Shown piece after piece: positions 47,963 to 56,900 of a stretch of DNA of 64,000 bases. The position numbers and the translations under genes are program-made. The notes below the pieces were generated by a model. It saw only the letters and a program-made list of their open reading frames with translations. It did not search any database and was not told the origin of the DNA. This stretch comes from Eubacteriales bacterium (GTDB lineage: Bacteria; Bacillota; Clostridia; Oscillospirales; QAKW01), in assembly GCA_045541555.1 (NCBI GenBank), contig JAZQJH010000011.1, positions 4,243 through 68,242 on the forward strand. Reading direction: 5' to 3'. Each line of letters begins with the position of its first letter. Positions within the stretch are counted from its first letter, which is position 1.

Positions 47963-50270
47963 TGTACCTTCCTATTCTACCTTCAGTATAGACAGATTCA
48001 AAGGCGTAGATCTTTCGGTGCCGGAGGATCAGGTAAAGCCTTACCGCACGGCATGGTCTCAGAATATGATCCCCGGAGAAATAGGAGAGATCAAAAAGCG
48101 CCCGGGGGTGCAATCAATCGGAGAACTTTCTGGAAATTTTGAAAAGCGTGCAAAAGAACAGGCTATAGAAGCTATTGGCGACTTTGGTTTTATAACATCG
48201 TTAGACCTTTATAAAATTGTAGAAAATAAATATCAGAAAATGGTGGCGTACGGAATACACGGGATTTTTGATAATAAATGTTTCAAGATCGCCTATGTTT
48301 CCGAAAAACCGACGGTGGTTAAAATGGATGGTCGCTATGTCATTTTTGCCATGAACGAAGAAGCTTTACAAGTGTATGGTGAAGAAGGATTAGGCTATTC
48401 GTATATTGGCTATCTTGGACAGGTTGCCGATACGTATCATAGTGGGGCGTTAATGACAATTTTAGAAAAAGGAATGGTGACGGTTTATAACGACCACGCA
48501 CAAAAAGCGACAACCAATGATGGAGGGGATTATTGGTATTGTACCGAAGTGGGAGTTGATGATCCGTTACTGACTGTGCCTGTGATTACAAAAGGTGCTG
48601 ATCCTGCTGTTGGCGGGAGTGCTTTTGAGCAAGTCAATCTCCTTACTCCTTGGGTGACCGAGAGTTTTTGCTGCAAAGCAAAACAGACGAGCGTTTTCAA
48701 TTTTATTAGTGAATCTCCAAGAATCCATCCCGTTAATCGTCTGGAAGAGGGACCTGAGCGTTTTTTGAGTGACAACTTTCGTGTCGAAGTTCTGTGTGCC
48801 TTTGAAATAGATGGTATGGGAACCGGCGAAAAACAGACGATCGCGCGGTGGATTGAGAGGCCTTTTAGGAAAGAAATTGAAAGTCAACTTCAATACGGAA
48901 AAGATGCGTACAATCAAGATGCTAACCGTTTGTTTTTAGAGCCGGAGTGGAATAAAAATATCGTGTATATCGAGGGCGAAGACATGCATTTGGTAAACCT
49001 TGGTTCTGAAGAAAATGATTACTGGATCGGTCCGACGCCTGTTGACGGCGAAGATAATGTTCGGATTACACATCGGCGAGCCGATTTTACAGAAGGTTTT
49101 AGAAAACTTTGTGCTTCTGCTTGTGGAACTGTTTTTGGTGTCGGTGGCTATAAAGACCGCTTGTTTTTGGGCGGATGTCATGTAGAAGGTAAGGGCTATA
49201 AAGACCGTATTTATTATAGCGAGCTGGAGGATCATTTTTATATAGGGGATCAGAATTATCTGAAGCCGGAGGACGGATGCTCCGTTATGGCATTGGATGG
49301 GACGTCGGACGTACTGGCAGCCTTGACTGATCGTGGAATCTATATGATCCATGGACGAGCACAAAATAATGTTGATGACGTGGTGCAGGTGCATGATGCA
49401 ATGTTTACAATTTCCGGGAAGGTGCTGGCGCCGGCTCCGCTTCATTACGGAGATACTGAGGTGTTGGGCGGTGAGATCGTTTATCTTTCCAAGGAGGGCA
49501 TTATCGCCGTGGCATACAAAGAGCATTTTGACGAGCGTTTTGCGGAGCACCGATCGGCACTCATTGATCCGCAGATGATGAAGGATGAGCCACAGCAATT
49601 GATCAGCCTTGGTCGGTTTTTGATGGTGCGGTGTAAGGATGGCGTTTGGTGGCTTTTGGATGAAAATCAGCCGAATGCTGAGGGGGACAAGCCTTATTCG
49701 AGTCATCAATATGAAGGATGGCGTCTGACCGGTATGCCGGCAGATGCTGCCTGGGAGAAGGACGGGACTTTGTGGCTGCTTTCCGGCTCGGCTGTGTGCA
49801 AGTGGACCGATGGGTCGCAAAAAGACCATTATTGCGATAATTATACCGGCGAAAAAAGCGGAGAGAGGGCGATCGTAGCCTATTGGGATACGCCGTGGAT
49901 CTACGGGAGCGCTTTTCATCTTGATAAGAACTTTATCAAAATGGGCATTTTGCTGGGCGAAATATCCGTCAAAGACGGGTATGGTATTGTCCCGATAGAC
50001 AGCGCGGTTCGGATCGAGATGCGGAAGAATGATGAGGATGAAAAGGATTGGAAGATCCTTTGGGACTACAACGGCGTTTTATGCACCTTCGATTACGGGA
50101 GGATCGACTATCGCCTATTTACCTATTCCGGAAAGCCGGGGTGCCCGGATCTGGAAGGGAAGATCAAAATCAAAAAGGCAAAGAGAGTGAAGTTTCGCTT
50201 TAGCAATGATTTTATAAATCAAGGGCTGATACTTCGCCGATTTTGCTTGAATTACGTACAGGAGGGATAA
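47946..50270 (+). CDS. Podovirus tail nozzle / DNA-stabilisation-type protein
   Basis: FKGVD...QNM......IKKRPG N-terminus; beta-rich; position between adaptor and ejection genes. Confidence 0.65.
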   Translation: MARSYSVPSYSTFSIDRFKGVDLSVPEDQVKPYRTAWSQNMIPGEIGEIKKRPGVQSIGELSGNFEKRAKEQAIEAIGDFGFITSLDLYKIVENKYQKMVAYGIHGIFDNKCFKIAYVSEKPTVVKMDGRYVIFAMNEEALQVYGEEGLGYSYIGYLGQVADTYHSGALMTILEKGMVTVYNDHAQKATTNDGGDYWYCTEVGVDDPLLTVPVITKGADPAVGGSAFEQVNLLTPWVTESFCCKAKQTSVFNFISESPRIHPVNRLEEGPERFLSDNFRVEVLCAFEIDGMGTGEKQTIARWIERPFRKEIESQLQYGKDAYNQDANRLFLEPEWNKNIVYIEGEDMHLVNLGSEENDYWIGPTPVDGEDNVRITHRRADFTEGFRKLCASACGTVFGVGGYKDRLFLGGCHVEGKGYKDRIYYSELEDHFYIGDQNYLKPEDGCSVMALDGTSDVLAALTDRGIYMIHGRAQNNVDDVVQVHDAMFTISGKVLAPAPLHYGDTEVLGGEIVYLSKEGIIAVAYKEHFDERFAEHRSALIDPQMMKDEPQQLISLGRFLMVRCKDGVWWLLDENQPNAEGDKPYSSHQYEGWRLTGMPADAAWEKDGTLWLLSGSAVCKWTDGSQKDHYCDNYTGEKSGERAIVAYWDTPWIYGSAFHLDKNFIKMGILLGEISVKDGYGIVPIDSAVRIEMRKNDEDEKDWKILWDYNGVLCTFDYGRIDYRLFTYSGKPGCPDLEGKIKIKKAKRVKFRFSNDFINQGLILRRFCLNYVQEG

Positions 50271-50273
50271 GCA

Positions 50274-50963
50274 GTGGCAAGTTATAGCGCAATTGAAAAA
50301 GCGTATCTTGATAAAAATAAAAAGATCGACGATAAAACAAAGGTCGATGAAGCGGCGCACGCGGCGAAGGTCAAGGATCTTTCGGACGATACCTCCAGCG
50401 CGCTCCAGCAGATCTATATCCAGAACGAGAGAGCCCGGGCGTTGCAAAAGCAGAGCCAAAAGGCGGCCGGCATCACCGGCGGCGCGGCAGAAAGTGCCGA
50501 TATTGCTTTGCAGGCAGCTTATGCGACCAATCGTACCAACGCTCTCCTGGAACGGGATCGTCAGATCAGTCAATTGGAGATCGAGAAGAACAGGTCTGCG
50601 GCGCAGGCGGAGATCGACAAGTCTAATAATCTTGTGGAGATGGAGCAGGGGCGGCTCGCCTTTGACCAAAAAGAGGAGGATGCCGCCCTGGCGAGAGATC
50701 AATATACATTGGATGCCAAGGGCGTGGAGCTGGACGAAAGAGGAGCGGAGCTTGATCGTGAGCGCTTTGAATTGGAAAAGACTGCGAGTAAGCGTGCTGA
50801 CGAGCAGTTTACCTATGAAAAGCAGCAGGATCGGGAGGCGGATCTATGGGAGATCATTGCCGGCGGCGTTGTGACCCGGAGTATGGCAAAGGAGCTTGGA
50901 GTGGATTATGACGTCCTCAAACAGTTGGCAAATAATTATAAGGAGAAAATGTTAAATGGCTGA
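50274..50963 (+). CDS. Putative ejection / internal virion protein
   Basis: Coiled coil with AAGITGGAAES motif; position after the nozzle gene. Confidence 0.55.
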   Translation: MASYSAIEKAYLDKNKKIDDKTKVDEAAHAAKVKDLSDDTSSALQQIYIQNERARALQKQSQKAAGITGGAAESADIALQAAYATNRTNALLERDRQISQLEIEKNRSAAQAEIDKSNNLVEMEQGRLAFDQKEEDAALARDQYTLDAKGVELDERGAELDRERFELEKTASKRADEQFTYEKQQDREADLWEIIAGGVVTRSMAKELGVDYDVLKQLANNYKEKMLNG

Positions 50964-53900
50964 TACATTAAAGCAGGTACAAATAGACCGTCAAAGAATG
51001 ATCGAAAATAATAAAGGGGCCACCGAGTCGTCTCGGGCGGCCCTTTCTGCCATTTCTGGGCGGTTGGTGCTGAAAACGAAAACAGAAACGGAGAAAATGC
51101 GTCGGGATGAGGCATTGGCGCTTAGACAAAACGAGGCGTTGGTGGCTTTAAATCGGGCGTCCGGAAACGTTGCTTTGGAAAAATCCAGGCTGGATGCGGC
51201 GCAGCACCACGAAGCCATAGAGCTGGAGCTCGACCGGTTGGAACTGGCAGACCGTCGCTTGGGTCTCAGGGCTCAAAGTATCACTCTGGATGAGGGACGG
51301 GTCGAGTTAGAAAGGGAGAGCCAGGAACGGGACAGACAGCGCTTTGAACTTGAAAAAAAGCGCCAAAAGAAAAACGAAGTTCTGACGATGATGAACCAAG
51401 GGGTCTATGATCCCTCGTTTGCCACTGTGCTTGGGATGCCGGAGGACGTGGTGCGCCAGGCGGCGGCCAATAAAAAGGCGCAGCTGGATCAGATAAAGGC
51501 GGCAAGGGCAAAGGCTGCGCAGGCGCAGGCAGATTACGAGGCAGCTCTGGCGGCTCGTAATGGTGCCGTTGCCAAGGAAAAGGCGTGGTATGAGACCGAC
51601 GTTGATTCGGCCATTGCCGAGGCGGAGAAAAACGGTATCGTGACGGATAGTGCCGCCGAAACCAAGGAACAGGTCCTTTCTGCCGCAAAGGCGGGTCAGG
51701 TGACGATCCCCTGGGCGACTCCTACGAATGTGCTGACGACCTTTTCCTTGAGCGGTGCGACGGATGTGCGTATGTCCGGCGCTAAGATCCCGGAAACCAC
51801 CAAAAAGACGGTGGAACAAATCAAAAAACAAGTCGAGGTAGAGAAAAAGGAGTCTGAAAAGCGGCTCAAGGCGGCTTCGGATTATTATGATCAGGTGCTG
51901 ACGGAGAAGATCTATGCCAAGGAGAAGGCGAGCAAGGAGCTCTCTGCCCTGGAGGCATCCTTTAAGAAGGATCAGGAGCAGTCCACTGCCTATCAGCTGC
52001 GGATGAAGCGGTTCGGTGCGGTGGATCGGATGAAGAATGCAACCACCGCCGAGGAAGTGACGAGCTCTTATAACGAGTACCTGGCATCTGTCGCAGAAGA
52101 AAGCGGCCGTGTTTTGGACGATGCGGAGTCTGTTCAGCTGACCTATAATGAAAAATATGAAAATGCCGAAAATTATACCGAGGAAGAATTGGCGTATTTG
52201 GAAGAGCTTCGCCTTAGGCTGGATGATATTCGGACAATGCTGGAATACGAGCTCGAAGCAGGCGGCCTGACGGAGGAAGGCAAGGCGGCTCTTTTGGCGG
52301 ATATTGATAATATCGGGATCGCTACCGCGAACGTTGAAGAGGTGATCGGCTATGGTGAGGGCTATGAAGAGAATAAGTCGTCTCTGATCTATCAAAAGAT
52401 GGAAAAAGAGTATGGGGCTCTTTCTATCTCTGATATTGAGGCACTGATTGCCGAGAGGGAACGCCAGAAAGAAGATACGGCGGATCTGCGCGCGATTTTA
52501 GCGAAGGGGCGCAGCACATCCGCTGAGGAACTCATTGACGCCGGAGAACGGCTAAATGCGGCAAAGGAATATAATGCCGATATTGATAAGGAACTTGCTC
52601 CGCTTCGTAATTATTTGGAACAGAGAAAAACGGCGGAGGAAAATGCTTTGCAGGACGAGCGCGCAGAAGAAGATCTGGCAGGAGTTTCGGGCGAGACCCT
52701 TACCCAAAGAACGCTCTTCTTGATGAAAGAAATTGAGGCGTCCAACAAACGAAGCGATGGCGTCCAAGTAAATCTGCCAAATTCTTTTTGGAAGTGGAGC
52801 AAAGAGGAAAAGTGCGAATGGTTTAATAGGACTTATGGGACGGAGTATAAAACAGAGGATTTTAATGTAAATTCGGCATTCAAGGCGTTGAATGAAAAAA
52901 ACTTCAATATAGATGCCACCAAAGATCTGGCTGGCTATTTCCACCGCCATATCGTAGCGTCCAATGAAACCCTCTTTACACCGGAGACCTTGGAGCAGTA
53001 TGCGGCGCAGGCGGTGGCGGATTTTGAAAATGCAGATTTTCATAAGTACACCGGCGATTTGATTAAGTATAACGATGGTATTGACGGCTTATTTGAAGGT
53101 GATTACAGTGATTTTCGCCAAGATATGACGGGATTTCTCAAAGGAGAATACGGTTATTTTAATGAGAACGAAGCCAAGACCATCCTTGCGCTGATGGCGA
53201 AGTATGGGACGGATGAGGCGTTCGTTCATTATGCTGCCGTCCGGGATGATGCGTTGAAGCGAAAGGCGCAGGAATTCACCGGCTTTGGCAGAGTGGTACG
53301 CGGTGTGACCTCCGGATTAACGCAATTTATCACCAACGGCGGAGAGATGCTGGAAAACGCCTTTACCCAGCAATATTCCCGGATCGCCGGAACGTTGGGG
53401 ACGGCCTCTCATCAGATCAACATGGAGAACTTCAGCCAAAAGACCGGCATCGGCAACGATGCGCTGGAGATGCTCTACATGAGCGGTTATTCCATCATTG
53501 ATATGGCACCGGCGGTGGCGCTGGGTGCGGTACCGTACGTGGGTACTTATCTTTCCTCTGCCTATACCTTTGCCAAGGTGACGGCAACTACTTATAATGA
53601 CTCCATTCTCGCCGGTAAGCGTGCGGATGAGGCGTTAACCTATGCGATGCTGAGTGCGACGGCAGAGGTAGGGATGGAGAAGCTTCTCAGCACCGGCGGT
53701 CAGACCTTTGCAAAGGGCGGTCTTGGGAAGATTTGGGAAGAGGGCGTTGAAAATTTGGCATCTACCAAGGCGATGCAGGTGATTATTAAGACTGCCGGCT
53801 CCATGGGAAGCGAGGGTTTTGAGGAGTTCCTGCAGGAATGCCTAAGCCCGTTTTTGGAAAAGGTGGCGGCAGATCTGAACGGCATCGACGATGCCACCCT

Positions 53901-56900
53901 TAAAGAGATCGACTGGGAAGAAGCTGCCAAGAGTTTTGCCATCGGTGCCATTACCGGCGGTTTTTTGGGCGGATTCGAGGCGGTCAGTTCTTCCAAGAAT
54001 GCCGGGATGAAGGAGAGCGAGGCACGCGATTTGCTGGAGAGCGGCAAGGCGGTGGATATTATCAATGCGGCGGCAGAGCTTGGAAATAAGCGAGCATTGG
54101 CGATCAAGCAGGCTATTCAGAATGGTCAGACGCTTTATGAGGGGCAAAGCGGCTATTTTGCCTACGCTTCGCCGGCGGATATTGTCAATATTACCCAGAG
54201 CGTTAAGCGGCGCTCCGTTAAGCGGTCTATGAGCATCCTGCAGGAGAAATATAATGCGCTTGAAACCAATAAGGACAAGCAAAAGACCTTTAACCGTTTA
54301 TTTAAAAAGATCCTGAATGGCAATACTTTGACCCTACAGGAAACGGCGGATATTATCAACGATCAGGAAATGTCCGGGATCCTTAACGAGATGCTGGGGA
54401 TGGACGTGACGATGATGACCCCGGATCAGGTTCTGGCGGTTGCTAAGCTGGCGGCCTTTGCGGAGAACGGGAAGATCTCCCAGGCGCGGATCAACCTTTT
54501 CAAGGATGCCTTCGGCGAGCTGGATACCAAAGCCCTGGCTGAGATCGTGAAGTATAGCGATATGGCTGCCAAGAAGGTGAGCGGGATCCTTTATGAGGAT
54601 GCCAACGCGGAAAGCCAACTGACCGAGGCAGAGCAGGAATCGGCGGAGGTGCTGAAGATCCTCTCCGCTGAGGTGGGGACGGTCTTTTACGTCACCGATC
54701 AGTTTGATACCGGTACCTACCTTGCCGCTAATATGATGGCGGTACGCCCGGGCGATCTGAGCGGAGGTGTCTTTAAGTCTGCTACCCATCGGGCATACTA
54801 CATGGCTAAGCAGCTCATGGCGGATAAAGGGGTCAACTTCAAAGCGTTTCTTTTGGGTGAGGCTAAACGGCTCAAAGGGGAGGCGTTCGTAGAAGAGCAA
54901 ATAAAAACCATCCTCCAGCAGAGTACGGAGAATGGTAATGATATTTCACGGCCGACGGCAGAAAATGAACTGTGCGCCCGGCTTTTGGGAGAACTGCTTC
55001 AGCAGGAAGGCGTTTTGGAACAGCTCGCCACCGCAGATCTTGATATGGTCGCCGCTTTGCGCAAAGCCCTTGCGGCGGTGGAGGAGCATTTGGATGAAAA
55101 GATTGGAGAACTTCATGTCGATCAAAATTTGCATGATTATATAAATCGTGTAATCGAAAACAGAGAAAACCCAGATGAAAATATTGAAGTGGGAGAAGAT
55201 TTTGAAGTCTGGAAGATTACGGATCAACACGCTCAATGGATGGCTGAAGAAATAAAAAAAGAAGCAGGCATTGAAATGGATTTGACTGGATATACAATAG
55301 TGTTTCCTAAAAGCCAGGTTGCGCACACGTGGAGACGACATGGTAAAAATGGGAAAGCTGACAGCTCAATGAGTAAAACGGAAGATATCGCAAAAATAAG
55401 ATGGTATCTTGAACATTCAACAGAACTGAAAGTGGCACGCCATAAAGATGGGAATTTGAAACTGCATCGACGATACAAAAATTCGGATGGAAGCAAAGCT
55501 ATTATGGTGAGCTTGATTACGCATTTAAAAGGTACTGATTGCTATGTTTCGGAATGTATCCCAGATGTTAAAAATAAGACCATGTACGTTTTGAGTGTAT
55601 ATAAAAACAGCAGTAACAATAAGAGGATGAACATAGAAGCAAGTGCTTCTCCGCACCATACGCCCGAAGCGAGTCTTAATGATGTTACTGCTGTTAATAA
55701 CAGTATATCCAATTCTTCAGAAAATGTCAACTATGATTTTGGATTTTCATTTTTTGATGGTGGTAGTGCAGAGGTCACCGATCTCGTTGAGCGCATGACG
55801 ACGCTCATCAATGGTGAAAAGAAAAATGCTGAGCAGTCAAATTCCAAAGTGGATCATGATCCCACCTATACCGATGCGGATCAAGTCCGGGAGGAGAATG
55901 ACGGCGCGGACTTTGCTATGAATTTTGAAGAAATGAGCCCGGAGGAACGTGACATTGAAGGTCAGCAGATGATGGCAGAGGTGGAAGCTTGGTTAACTCA
56001 AACTAATGCATTCGATGAAACGGAGCAGGGAGATCCTTTTGATACCAGGACAATGATCGGTGCTAAAAAGCGGCAGGATGATCGGACAGCCAAGGAAAAG
56101 ATTGACGATACCTGGAACCATTTTCGCCGGAAATGGGTGGACTACGGTGCCACTGTATATGATATGGCGAAAAAGGCCAAAGATTGGAGTATCTATCATT
56201 ATTATGATTCGGCGAAGTCGAGCATCCAGGAAGCCACTTATATGATCGAGCATGAGCAACGGGATCTCATGGGCAACTTTCTGGGAGAGGGATTACAGAA
56301 GATCTGGGAGCCGATTCTACAGCAGGGTACGGAATATACCAGAGAATTTGATGATTATCTCCTGCATCTTCATAATGTGGATCGTATGAGCCGACGGGAT
56401 TATGACGCGGTAGAGGAGGCTTGGAACGAGTATCAGGTGGCCAAGCAGTATCTGCCGGAGGAGCTTGCCCGTTATAGCGATAAGGATATTCGGGAGATTG
56501 CCCGGGACGTTGATAATCCTCTCTCCGATGCGGCGCAGGATTATATTCAGGCTTTGGATCATTATGAATTGATCAATGGAATCCGGAATAAGACGATCTT
56601 TGGGCCAAACGTGACGGCGGAGATGAGCCAGGCTCGGGCTGAAGATCTGGAACGGAAATACCCGGAATTCAAGAAATACCGGGAGTCGGTCTATCGCTAT
56701 CGGGATAATCTGATGCAGCGTCGGGTTGATGCCGGTTTGGTTTCTCAAAAGACCGCCGCAAAACTTCGTGAGATCTATCCGCATTATGTTCCTACTGCTC
56801 GCGTGGAAAGCAAAGCGGAAACGGAATACAAGCGCTCGCGCGAAAAGAATAGAGAGCAGGTTCGCAAGACGGTGGGTCGTGCCGTCGGCGGAACCAGTGA

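Noticed and set aside
53081-53109. Second internal promoter in the giant gene (TTGACG-17-TACAGT)
   Set aside because: Weak -10, sense orientation and no associated stem or terminator
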